62,524 bases of DNA from positions 1 through 62,524 of the forward strand of contig NIVC01002948.1 of assembly GCA_002269645.1 (NCBI GenBank). Reading direction: 5' to 3'. Below are positions 24,701 to 38,344 of this stretch, piece by piece. Positions within the stretch are counted from its first letter, which is position 1; the number at the start of each line of letters is the position of its first letter. Made by a program: the position numbers and the translations under genes. Source of the stretch: Macrostomum lignano (Eukaryota). The notes beneath the pieces are model-generated. The model was not told the origin of the DNA and searched no databases. It worked only from the letters and a program-made list of their open reading frames with translations.

Positions 24701-25876
24701 AGTCTTTATCGTCAAAATTAATAGCAGGGGTTCTCACGTTGAAGTGAGACGTCTACGTATATTAACAAACTGAATCCAGTAGAGCATTGTTTAACTCTTT
24801 GAAGTACAAGTAGGACTGAAGTACCAGTTCTTCCTTCTTTATTAACAAAATGTCTTTTGTAAGAGATTTCTCAGACCCAAGAAATGCATCGTTAAAATTG
24901 TATGTCACATATTGTTGCATGTAGATGTGAGTCGTATTGTACGTTTACATTTCTAAGAAGTAGGAACATTTTAAAATGGTTGTTATGCATAATATACGTA
25001 ATATATATTTTAGCATATGTGTACTATATGTGTATATAGAGTTTGATCCTCTGTAATTTCAATATATGTTATCATCTCTCTGTTTTGTTTACAATGGTAA
25101 TGTCAATGTCAATGAGTAAATAACATTTGTATTAAAATTAAGTTGTACACAAATAGTACTTTATTTTTGAAACATGACTTAAGTCTTATTGTGTCATTAA
25201 GTCATTAGCTTTTTGTCAAATAGATAATCATGATATTTTATCAGACTGCTGGCATATCAGACATGATACAACCATAAGGCATAAGGAATGTGAAAGGAAT
25301 GCACTATATAAGGAGAATTACAATGCTAAATAAATCTAAGTCGCCTAAATCTTCTTTACTTGCATTTTGTGAGTAGCTATTCAAGATATATTAATAGAAT
25401 TAATAAAAACAGTATGTATTCATTGAATATATTGTAGCATATTTATAAACAAAAGTATAAACTTAAACTAGTTAGTTGCATTACTTTTTTAACTTGGCTA
25501 AATTTTAAAAGTGAGGTGTCCTTTTACTCATAATGAAGCAATATCATATTTTATCAAAAGATATTGACTGTTTTCAACTTTCAAAATCTCATTGGAGTCC
25601 CTAATATGAAAGAAGTGTGCTATTTTAGAGAAAAAAGTTTAACACACAAGATAGATAACTACAATGCTGATTGAAGTATAAATTAAAAGTTGGCAATTTT
25701 TTATCCATTAAATGATGAGATGGTCAACTTTGATTTGTTCCCAATTAAATGCCTCATTATACATAAATTATTCCAGCATTAAATATACAGCATGAGTGAC
25801 ACAAAAGTGTGCTAACTGACACTGCCAATGGTGTGTTGCATTATTTAAATTAGATAAAGCCAACAAAGCTACCAGA

Positions 25877-27350
25877 GTGGCAGTCTTTGAACTTTGGAAG
25901 GCCCAGCAGCATCTGCTTTCTGCCAACAGCCATTTTGAGGTTATCTGGCAAATGGGAAATGCCACATGGGAATTAGAGTCATCCCAAGTGGTCAATGCGG
26001 CAGCCTTGGAGGTAGATGCTGCCAAACACCGGTCAGAAACATTGGCCAAAGTAGCCAATGAAATGGCAGAGGCTTTAAAAGAGCACGAGACCAGACTGGC
26101 TGCTGTTGAATGTTGCTGCTAAGCCAGTAGTGTTGCAGCTAGTGCCATCAATGATGCATCAGCTGCTGCCAGTGCTGAGGCGGAGCCGCACAAGCCAAGC
26201 GGCGCCATCAATGACACACCAGCCACTGCCAGTGCCAAGGCAGAGCGGCGCAAGCCGAGTGTTGACATCACAATGCTCATAAGCTCAGCAGTTGGTGACA
26301 TCAATGATTTCACCTACTACCCTACTTTGTACGGCATTTTGTATAGTTCAAGAGTCTGTACACATGTGCTCAACCACTATGTCACTAACATTAAGACAGT
26401 ACTTGTTCCAACCTGTCTGAAGGAACAATGTTTACTTTTTTGGCAAGATAGATACTGTAAGCTGTATAGTATCATTACTGCACAGTGGATAATGGGATGT
26501 GGCTTTACATGTTCCAATTTTGCAGTAAAGTCCACTGCAAACAAGTTTGTGCAGTGTTGCAAACTGCAGCACCTGGCTGCTCAGCAGCCAAAAGAACTTC
26601 CATTCAAACTGGCTGATGCACTAGAGACTCTCCAAAGCTACCAAATGGATGCGCGGTCAGCTAATGCAACAAGGAAGCGTGGTGGTGGCATCCGAAATGC
26701 CATAATGCAAGTGACTGACCACAGGCTTTGGGACTGTGCGCCGCGTCTACACCCGGTGCAGCTTGCACTGAGGATGCGGCATCAATAACTCTGATTTGGG
26801 CAGATGATTAGCAGGTTGTCATTGATTTGGCTGCATTTTCTTGACGAAATTAAGCAACATTTCGCGTGGTATCTTGAGCAACTTGTGAACCCAGCCATCA
26901 CAATTGACAATATGCTGGCCGACGACAATGACGAAGCACCTACTGGTATAGTAAGCTACTAATAGTCCTTCATTTATGATTGCACACATACCCTACTTAC
27001 TCCAGTCCTTAAATAACAAACATATGCAGCCTACTGGTTTTGCCTTTACATCAAATGTCACCCAGACCGGGGCCATGGCCTAGGTATGGATGTACAAAAA
27101 ATCGACAACTCCAACCAATCTCAATGCGCTGCTCCGCGAGATGGTGCGGGGTTGCTTTAGTGACGACAAGCTTTTGGTCATGTCATTGCTTGGATTGCTT
27201 GGTCGCACTTCTGAACCTAGATGGCCATGCCTGCCAGTAGATGCGCGGCGTCTACAAGCAATCATCAATTACTTGGCCGGCCTTGACATCCGCAGGGATA
27301 TGAAAACAGTCAAACAGGCATACCTCTGGTGCTCCATCACTGTCAGTTGA
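25877..27350 (+). pseudogene. Decayed mobile-element or virus-like locus: a long stop-interrupted frame (about 25877-26960) followed by a BEN-domain-like ORF (27090-27350)
   Basis: ORFs 25877 and 26273 share a frame and are separated by a single TAA. NLNALLREMVRGCFSDDKLLVMSLLG...LPVDARRLQAIINYL...VKQA fits the BEN-domain pattern (recognised from memory). Confidence 0.45.
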
Positions 27351-27379
27351 CATGAAAAGCGCTCTGGACATTTGCCTAT

Positions 27380-28150
27380 AAAGAAACAACATCAAGGAGC
27401 AGCTGCTGGTGCCACTGACACTATGCAAACATTGGAGGCTACTGATGCATCTCGCAAGGCCTGAGTGCAGGAAGTCTGCTGTGACTTCTGTCTATTACTA
27501 AACTAAACTAGTTTATGATAAATGCGGGAGCCATCCAGCTTGGCATGTTGTTCCTCCACGCTTCTGTTTTTGTTTTACTATTACTATAGTTAGCTCCAGC
27601 CTCATAAATTAAAATAACACCAGGAATCAGACTTGGCCTCTAACTAAAATAACTATAGGTTAAAAGTGGTAGGAATAGATTCCCTTGTAATTTTCGATTT
27701 GTCTGGTTGTTTGTTTTAATTGTTCTTTGTTCTATGTTGTTCTTTCAATTTTTGTTGCCTCTTTCTGCTGGCTTCCATTTATGGTTTTTTACATTTTGCA
27801 GCCTTCTCTTTTTCTGTTTTACACATGTTTTTTGTCCCGTTTACTACTTGTCTGTAAAGAAATGATGTCAAAGGAGCATCTACTGGTGTCAATGACACTG
27901 TGCAGCTGGGGGCTACTGATGTGCTTCATCTCGCAAGGCCTGATCTCGGGAAGTCTGCTGTGACTTCTGTCCAAGCTACTAAACTTGTTTATGACAAATA
28001 CAGGAGCAATCTAGACTAGCATGTTTTTCCCCCACATTTTTTGTTTTTCACTGGAAATTTGCTCTTTCTTATATAGATTAACCAACTACATTAAACTATA
28101 GTTAGCTTCAGTCTCGTAAATTAGAGTAACACCAAGAATCAGGCTTGTTC
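27380..28150. repeat. Diverged direct duplication (about 27380-27660 vs about 27855-28150)
   Basis: Shared CATCTCGCAAGGCCTGA, GGAAGTCTGCTGTGACTTCTGTC and ACTATAGTTAGCT blocks. Confidence 0.8.
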
Positions 28151-29767
28151 TGCCCTTATTGCATGGGTCCCCAACCCACTGTTAGCATTAGGCCACATTC
28201 AATATTTATGCAATAAGATACACGGGCTGCAAAAAGTACACAAATTGTCGCCTCTATTTTTCTGTTGGCTTCCATTTATGCGCATTTTTTAGTTTTGTAG
28301 CCTTTTCTGATTTTCTGTTTTGCACAAGTTTTTTGGTCACATTTCCTTCTTTCCATAAATATATACATATTTATGCAACATCCCTTTTTCCTTTTTCCAA
28401 CTGTTTTAATTATTTGAAAGTTTAATTTACATTGACTACTCTTTTCATTTTGTCTTCCTTCCCTCATTTAAACATTTACTTCTCACAAATTCATACATAC
28501 ACTTTATAACTCGTAGCTGACTAATAGGTCAACTATAATAGCTAGCATCAAATAGCACATTATGTGTTTAGTTTAACTGCTTTAAACTGCAAATCTACTT
28601 GTCTAACTAATTCACACCAAATGGCACATTGTGTGCTAGCTTAACTGCTTCAAGCTGCACATTTATTTGTATTGTGCCAAATGGTACATTTACGGCACAG
28701 TTGTGCATAATTATAAGCATTCAAAAATAGCTTGGACAACTGGCACAGTTGTGGCATAGTAGTGCACAATAAAAAATTTGATTTTTAATTGTGTCACATA
28801 TGCCAATTGGCACAGCTTGGTGCAGTTATATTTGTGCCAAGCTGTGCCACCAATTGTCAATTCTTGCCAATTTTGTGTCATTTTAACAGTTATTTTGGGA
28901 TTCTCTCAATTCATTTTTTGTGCTATTTGATGCATTTAAAGAACAATTATTTCTAGTCAAGAAGACTTATGGAAATATTAAGACTCTTAAAAATTGCTTT
29001 CAACAAACTTCAAATCCTAGTCACTATAGACATGAAAGTAGCAAACATCATCTATGGAATATAGCCACATTATTGCACATATCCATGCCTTTATTTATTG
29101 CAAAGCTCTGGTTTTTCTTACAAAAACAAGGTGCCAAAAACTCTTGAGAGAATTTGGCAGTTTGCTTAGCAGTTTCAAGCAGCTGGTCAAGTACATGCAA
29201 AAGCAAATATTTAAAAAAACTATATCAACATTACAATGACAAGGCCATGACAAGGCAATAATGATAAAGAAGTTCTATTAATAAATAACAACCAGCTAAT
29301 AGCCAACTATGACTATTAGTAACTAGTCATGACCAATTGACATTACATTATTATTTACTCTTTATATTAGGTAGACCACAAAATGCATATATTTTCTAGA
29401 AAATAATAACAAATTCAGTGTATATTAGTCTAGTTTTACTTTACAAAACAACTCTACCCTAAGAATTTCTACAGATTGAACTTGAAAAGTAGGTGAATTT
29501 TCTTCTAATTATAGAGGTATTTTAACTTTTTTGATAATGAAAATACAGGGATACCCTTGATTAAATTGTAACCCCTTTAACTAAATTTTACTTGAGCCAT
29601 TCATAATGTTCATCCTATGTTCATGAGCTGTGTGTCACCTGCAATATTAGTATACATAATGGACTTAAGCATCATGTAGTGAATGAAGGCTATAATGTCA
29701 TCCAATAGCTACTATATCACAAATGATAGTCTATTGAGCTATTCAGTATCAGAGACCAGAGGCATAA

Positions 29768-30553
29768 GGCTCATTCCATATAAGCATGGTCGTAACATGA
29801 CAGGTTATTTTTACTTATAAAATGAAATCTAATAATAGAATATACTAAACCAATATTTTAAATGAAAGATTATTTTGTCTAGAATATATTTATAGAGTTT
29901 CATATAGATATCATCATTAGTATAGATGCTATTAAACCTTAAATGACACTTATGGTCGTAACGACAGGATTTTTGACATATAGAAACTAAAAGGTAAAAG
30001 TCTTATAACATTTTTCATTTTTGATATTTTGCAATACATTTTTAAAATTTGACTAAGAACATCTTTAGAAATCATACTCTTTTATTAGAATATATAAACT
30101 CAAAAGGCAACAAAGATACAAAAGAAAAGGCAGCCTTATGGTCGTAACATTATGGTCGTAACATATTTTTTTCTGTCAATTCAGTAACTTTGAGGTACTA
30201 ATACATTAAAAATATAATAGATTATTTGGTCACCAATGCTTTTATCTGATGATGCAAGTACTATACTTTTATCTATAGTTTGTTTCAACCTTCAAAAGCT
30301 TTCTATTTGTTTTTAAAAGGTACAAAATCTTAATGATGTCTTTTGCTTCGAAAAATGTCCAAATTTTTACAAAAATGACTTTTTGCCAATTGATAACATA
30401 CTAATCCAACATTTTACCATTCCTTTATTCTTAGATTGTATATATTGCACAATATAAACATTTGGTAAAAAAATAGGCTAATTAGGCAATGGCAAGCAAA
30501 AATATTGACTTTTTTCTATTTTCCAAATATGTCCATCTTATATGGAATGAGCC
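29768..30553. mobile_element. Non-autonomous DNA transposon (MITE), 786 bp
   Basis: Perfect 17-bp TIRs GGCTCATTCCATATAAG / CTTATATGGAATGAGCC, ATAA on both flanks (4-bp TSD), and four internal TGGTCGTAAC motifs. Confidence 0.85.
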
Positions 30554-33500
30554 ATAAGAATGATGCCACTATGAGCTGGAACTCTGCTAAGGGTTGCAAG
30601 CAGGTATGCATGACTTATCTAGAAGTGGCATATCAAGAGGAACACAAAAATGAACAGAATGCATTCAAAAGTCAGTGAGCTCCTTGAGTCAAGTAATCAC
30701 AAGTTTATGCAGCTCTCAAACACTAGTGGTGAGCCCATGCCTAGCTTGCTACTGCTACTGCTGCTATAGATATTAATTCTCTTTTGCTACTTACAAACTA
30801 CTGCAGCAAATTTATTAACCCCTGCTAATCTTTTTGCTACTGTTGCTACTTTATTTAATAGTGATGCTGGAGCTTTTCTGCTTGATGCTACTGATGAAGG
30901 CAACATTACTGACTTGGAGCTGGATAAGTTAGACACTAGTAAGCACAAAGTATAGGAATAGCAATAATTGCAGCAGCAGCATGCAATTCCTATTCCTAGA
31001 AAATATAAAGCATGCCAAGATGCTAGCAGAAATCAGCTTATTTGACATGATTTACAATCTTGAGCTGGGCCCTACATCTCCAAAAAATACCAACTGAGGT
31101 TTAGCCCATAGCTGCAACCACGAATGAATTACTGCAACAGTCAGCATTTTACTTCATCTAGCTACTTTTTCCTAGTAGTGTTACAGTTGAATATTGAATT
31201 TAATTATGGAGGGGATTTTTCATATTCACTTGAGCAATTTGTTAATTTCAAGTTTAAAATAAGTAAATAATGTAGTAATTATTTTATTTTAACAAATTTT
31301 AGCAAGGATGACTACTTGCTTCTCTATTGCTCATTTGAGCAAATATTGATATAATTTCAATGATAAGAAATCAAAGTGCAAGTAGTCACAAACTACTTGT
31401 AGTACAGTATTCTGGATTGTAAATGCACTTAATATTTGTAGCTCATACTCGTACTTTGCCAATTAGCATTTCTTTGTTATTGTCCCATTCAGTTACATCT
31501 ATGATTACAACCTTAGAACCCTCATTATTGCCTTTCCCTGGACATGTCTTCTTTCTAAGCAACTTGTTGGCACAAAGCTACTTATATTATAGCGCAAATA
31601 TAAAGCACAAGATTATTAGACATAACAATAAAACATAAAGCATAGGATCACAAGACATAACAGATATATATCATTGATAATTATTCATTTGGCAAACATT
31701 TTGTATCAAGATAAATTATGAGATTATGATCTGTATATTGCAAAAAATGTAATAAATTTATGAATTTTTTACAATATCTTGTTATTTTTTTAACTTGATA
31801 TTTAATGTAAACATTATGGATTGATCAAGCTATGCTAGGATATCATATGTTTAAAGTGTGAATGCAAATTGAAATTGATTTTGGTTTGATTTACAATCTT
31901 TTTTAACTTGTATTTCTAATGTAGTTAGTCATACCACTGTTTTTTTTCTAAAAATGGTTATGCAAAATGCAATGAAGTTCTGGATTTTTAAAAGTTTATA
32001 GCTTTTGGTTATTTAACTTTGCACTAATCAAGAATTGCAAAGTCTGTACTATAGTGCATGTTAATTTTGGAAAGGATCATCTCAATCAAGATTATATAAA
32101 AGCCTTTTAAAAATACAATCATTCAAGTTTTGCTTTAATTACTGACTCTCAAAAATAGGTCATAGATAAGTTCAACAAAGACTAGAGAGACTAGTGCCTA
32201 AAACTCCAAAAAGATATCTTTAGATTATTATTGGCAACTGGAATTCTTGAATTGGCAAAGGGTAAGCCAAAACAAAAAGGCTGAAAAAGTGGGTATGGTA
32301 CAAACTTAAGAAAGAAGGATAAAGCAAAGCTAGTATTTCATAAGAAGAAGACACTTTCAAAGAAATAGAAATCAAGATAATACATAAACTACAAAACATT
32401 GTGTTTAAAAATGCTTTGAATAAGGTTAAAGGCCTCAATTTACATTTAGTCATCTGCATCTTTGAGTGGTAAAATACAAGTATGCACTGGACCAATATAA
32501 AACTATAAAACTAGCTCATGACCTACTTAGAATGTCACTATTGGTTGGACTGGTTTTAAATAATAGGGTAGATTAAAACTATTAAATCACATTATAGTCT
32601 AAAATTGAAATAGCTTGTATAAAAAAATCAAATTCCAAACTTGATATTTAGATCCTTGCTACTTGCTATATCTACTAGCCTATTTTGTTGGCTAATACTT
32701 GTATAAATCTATATCATACTTAATTTTAGCTTTTTGCTTAGGCCCTATTGCTCATTAAGATACTGACTTGTACTATTCTCTATTTCTAATTTTAGGACCT
32801 TTGCTTACTTACACTTTTATTTTAAATCTTTTGCATATTAAATTGCCTACAGAAATGAAGAATATTTTAATAAAAATTCATAAATAAGAGCAACTAAAAA
32901 GACAAAAAAGATTGGCTATAAACTACTAGAGCATAGCAGCTTCCCATGGAGTTACAATGAGCTGTCTGCAAGATGGCAAGAAACTGATAGCTAAAAACAC
33001 CAATAGGTACTATTTCATAGAGACTGAGGTAGCTTTTGCAAGTGCCATTATTTAAGATACCAAACAGCAGATTCCAATGACCAGAAAGCAACTACTTGTG
33101 ATAGCATCAAAAATGCTTTAGAAATGTATTAGGGAATTTCAAACAGGTCTTTGTACTATCAAAGAGGTAGGAAAAATCCATTTTCATACTCCTTTTCCAA
33201 TTTTTTTCATATTACCCTGCTTTTGCTATTCTTTATACTCACTTGCTCCTTTTGCTGTCTTTTGGCTAATTGTTTTTTAGACCTACACAAGTACCAGTTG
33301 TCCATTGAAGTCCTTAGGCTACTAAGGAAAGAGCTAATTATGCTATATAGCTTGGTCCCCAATGCTACTTATATCATATAGCCGTTAGACTTAGATATGT
33401 TTTGACTAGTGAAAGGTAGCTGGTGTAAGCTCCTGGCCAAGCAAATATTATTTGGTTATCAGTGAAACAATTAGTAGGCTACAATTTGTATGTTTACTGT

Positions 33501-35826
33501 GATATTGTATAGTAGAGAAAAGTGGTAAAGAACATCTAGTCAGGATTTAGAAAGGCTAGGATCTATCACTAGAATCCAGATATGCTAACATTCAAAAGTC
33601 AAGAAAGACAATGGATGTTGATGGTGACAATGGGGCTCTATGGCTAAAGTCTATAATTATCAAGCCAACAAATAGAAGTACCCCAGTGCCCCATTATCCA
33701 AACACCCAAGCAGCCTTGCTACATAGCTAGGCTAAAAAGCCTATAGTAGTAGAAACTGCATTAGGCAAGCATTAGCCACCAAGCTCAACATGAACTTTGC
33801 TTAGTGCTTATGGCTTTAAAACTAATTTTGCATTGGGCTAAACTATGGCTACAATAGCAATAACCATCACTAATCTCAATACTATAGCTATTTCTAGCAG
33901 ATGTTAAGCCAACAACCTAGTCAGGTCAATTTCTACAAGCCACCTACAATGCCCATGCTAGCAAATTGCCCTGGCAAGTGGCTATATGACCTTATGGAGG
34001 AGGTCAACATAGTGCTGCTAGCCCCTAAGCCAGAGGCCATCTAGGCCCTAGAGCCAGAATGGTATGTAACACTACCCCTCTTGCCTTCAAATTGGACAAG
34101 CAACTCTAGCTAGCCATTGCTGGCAGATGCACTGTTGCAGGGCCTAATTAAGATTGTGCATAGCTGCCTCAGGGTAGTAACCTCAGAGATTATGACTATT
34201 CTCTTCTTAGAACTAAGGACTTAGTAAATGGAGTATCTAAGGAAAATTTGTCCAAAACAAGTCTATGCAAATTTCTAGCTTTACAAGTGCTAAATTACTA
34301 AATTAGCAACAATTTAAAGTTGCAATTCTCACAAAACCAGCCAAAAAACACAATTTTTTTCTTTTCTCTGCCCCCACCTTAGACTTAATAACATTTGAGA
34401 TAGTGTAGTATATTTAGCCTTATAGTATAGAATATTTCTGTTATGCAAACAACTTATTTTTTAGAAATTATTGTATTCAAATTTTTGTCAAATAATAATA
34501 TTTTTGTTTTAATGTTATATGCACAAATAATATTGAACGAAATTAAGTTTGTTTTAAATACATAGACAGAACAGTATAAATAGGAGCCCAGAATAGGCCA
34601 AGAGGAGCATGTGCTTATATTTGCTTGCTCAAGTAAGACAGTGACAATTAGTCCACTCAATAAATATTACAAAATTTTCTTACTTGACTTATTCATTGTG
34701 ATAGTATAAAGCCCCAAATTGGGAGTATTACTAAAAAGACTGCTAGAAAGCAAGAATCGCCTCAGGGCAGTAACCTTAGAAAGTGTATAAATCACCTCAG
34801 AGCAGAGAATTTGCTAAGGCTGTGACCCTCTGATCTAGGGAATGCCTAGGACTAAGAGAAAACCTAACCTATAGGAGTAGACAGTGCTATTAGACATAGG
34901 CCCTTAGCCAATAAACATATATACATAATAAAAAACTAAGCAAATAATGATTCTATGATTATATGAATGATACCCACTTACCCACCTTTTATCCCTTGGT
35001 CAAGACAAGACTTAGTCTTAGGCAAAGTAGGCCTAGCCACCTAATTCTATTTGTTGTGTTGTCCAGTCTGTAGCCATTCTACTCCTGCTATGTAGGGGGC
35101 CTACATTTAACATTGGTTTAATGTCAGTAAAAACTAATTGGCCAAAGTGATATAGGCCTACATCATGCCCAATATATAAGCATACAGGCCAAAGCAAAAT
35201 GCTTAAATAAAAAAATATTGAAAAGTTGTGTCATGACAATAAGTGTTATAACTTTTTTATTATTTGACCAATTTTTAAAGGTAATGTGTCTTTACTTTTA
35301 CTTAGATGAGCCTAAATAAAATTTATCAAATGATATAAAGTCTAAAGAAAAGGCTAGGCCTACTAAAAATAATCTCACTCTCACTGGACTTGACTGGAGT
35401 CCCTACAAATTTGCTTAAAAACATGTTGAAGCAAAGCCAATATTTCTCTATTAATCTACATAAATACTCTAGCTAGGCCCTAGGGCCTACAGTTATTCTA
35501 AAAACTTAAAAAGATTTTTTCCGCAATAAGCCTATGTACAAGCGATAATTGACCTTGCGCAATACTTTCTTCAATTGACAATTCCATTGATAACGAATCA
35601 CATGACGAAATAAGTTTAAAATAGTGTTTTTGACAGAAACTATGTATAAAGTAATTAGTAATATATTAGAAAACTTTCAAGAAAGCGTACAAATATGAAG
35701 CACAAAGTCAAATAATTTTTTAAGACAGTCAAATGTTTTTTATTTTACCGATTATAAAATTTAAAGTAGTGTTTCTTGCGAAAAAATGTTCTGCACTCAT
35801 TCTCAGAGTCGGGATTCTACAGCCAG

Positions 35827-36026
35827 CTTCGGTTTACGATCACAGATCATTTTAATGAGAAACGTACGTTTGGGTGATCTTAAAGCGAAGTTGATATATA
35901 AGCTACTACCGAACCAATATTTGAAAACATTTACTTATTTGAAACTACTGTCGGTTTTTATGTCCTACAACTTATTTATATGGTGATCAACTGATCGTCA
36001 CTAATTGAATTGATCGTAAACCGAAG
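35827..36026. other. 200-bp segment bounded by a perfect 16-bp inverted repeat (possible MITE or hairpin)
   Basis: CTTCGGTTTACGATCA (35827-35842) and TGATCGTAAACCGAAG (36011-36026). No TSD seen. Confidence 0.6.
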
Positions 36027-38344
36027 GATTGCCGGTTGGACTTAGACTTGGAGGATCTAAAACTAGGCCTACTGACTAAGCCTATTTTTCTATTAGATTA
36101 TTCGTTTGCCCTAGGGGGCCTAGTAACCTAGTTAAATGGCCAATTGACTATTTATCTACCATTACTACCAGTACTATAAACAGTCTAAACTAGCAATTTA
36201 TATTTTCCATCAAGGAGCAAAAAAGAACAATCTATTTTTAAATAAGCTAATGTATATGCAGGTTTAGACCTTGTATTTTTAGTTAAAGCAAAGCCTTTTT
36301 ACCTAAAATATTAGGCCTAGCATGCCCTATATTTATCAGCTTTGACATTGAAGCTTCACTTTAAATAATGGCCTAACAGTTATCAATATTATTTTTCTTA
36401 TGCTAGGCCTAGTATTATAATTAGAATTAAAAAGCAAATAATTCCCTTAAGATCTAATATGAATAATTTATGCTACATGGTTATTCCATATATTATTCTA
36501 CACTACACATTGTTCCGCATGTTATTCTATACATTATTCAGCACATTATTCTGTAAGTTATTTTGCATGTTACTAGGCATTTTTCCTTGATATAAATGTG
36601 TTCTGTAATCTGTATAAATTTACAAGTGATTTTTCAATTTTTTGTACATTTTAAATGTAAAGTAAAAGCTTACATATATATAAGCTTGTCATTATATGTT
36701 CTTGGATTGTGAGACATGCTGTTCATAAAATTATAATTGACTATAACAGAGTACTGTTAGTTGCAGAGTTGTAAATTTAGTTATAGAGTTGCATGCATAG
36801 ATGTAGGGTTATGGAGAATATAGAGAAAAAAAAGAGAAATGACTAGGCCCTAGGCCTACTTAATTATCAGCATTAATAAATGAAATAATCACATCATAAT
36901 AATCACATCAAACTAAAAATAGTTTATGCTTTAATTAATATTAATAAGTCCTATATCAAATAAACAAATGCTAATGTAATGGCTAAAAAAGCTTGAACAA
37001 CAAAACTGGCAAAACATATTATAATATTAGAAAAATCCATGTCAGGTCAATTAGCAAAAAAATGAAAACAAAATACACAAACAAGCAAATTTAAATAAAA
37101 AAACAGAGCAGTTAGTAAGTTAACTTGAGAGAACTGATTTGCTAGATAGATACTAACAAACCATTTAGTATATGGGATTTGGTGGATAGGATTTTTTTCA
37201 ATACTTTGGTGGTTTTAAATACCAAACATAAGCTAGGAAACCAAGTATTGCATAATAAATAAAGTAATAAAAGATGTGTGGACTAATGTGTAGAATAAAG
37301 TATGGATTAACATGTCAAATAGCGTGCAGAATAATGTGTAGAATAACATGCAGAATAACATGTGGAACAACATATGGAACATGCGGAATAATATGCAGAA
37401 TAACATGCATAAAAATGTGCAGTATATGTTATACTAATTAAGATCTCAATTGACAGTCTTATCTATTGGGTCATTCTACAATGGAGGGTCCCATCATGCT
37501 TTTTAACTTTAAACACTTGTAACTTTTGAACTATAATAGATAGAACAAATCTGCAAAAAGCAATGTGTCAATCTTCTAGTTCTATTTTTATATAGCTGCT
37601 TATGAATTCTAAAACAACTGAACATATAGTCAGCATAAACTATACTGATAGTCATTTTTTATCACCAAACAACCATTAGCATAGTTTATGATTTGCTATG
37701 AGTTTAGTTGTATTGGACAAAAAATGAATTTAAATTAAATTTAATGTTAGTATTTAGTATTCTACATTGTTTTAGTTAATCAAGCTTAGAATGGATACCA
37801 TTAAGGGTAGATATAGCAATCTCTAGTTTGCTCTAAACAGCCTTAGACAACCTTCAAAGCTTCAGATGCACCATGTAATAGCTAAGTTAATATCTTAGCA
37901 TCAGGTCAGGGACTCAAGCAACAAAGATTTCTGATGTCATATACTTTTTATATAGTTAGGCTTTTTTGGGCTAAACTTACAATAAACAAGATATTATCAA
38001 AAAGTAATAGACTAACATAAGTTATACTAGGACTGTCTAACATATTTAATAGTTGTGATTGCTATAAATTATGAAAGAATGCACTTTCTCAATCTATTTG
38101 TGTAATCAATATATGTATCATGATCTATCATTTTTAGCATTGGTTACACTTGTGTTAGATTCCCATCATTGGAAACAGATTGCAAATATCAGTTGGGAAA
38201 ACTATCCCACTTGTAAACTGCTTATTGCATATTTTGTAGTTTTTTATATAACAGATGTCAGTTATCTGATATAGGCCTGGCCTTTACCTGAGGTTTAAAA
38301 AAGTGAATTGAAATCTCTTCTAGTTAAATTAAAAATACTGTCAG

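Noticed and set aside
30560-34200. Identifiable transposase or reverse-transcriptase gene in the AT-rich desert
   Set aside because: Some stretches look like decayed coding DNA, but the frames are riddled with stops and no diagnostic motif could be read.
28900-35500. Classical fungal RIP
   Set aside because: CA/TG dinucleotides remain abundant, so wholesale CpA>TpA conversion is not seen; retained instead as a CG/CWG hypothesis.
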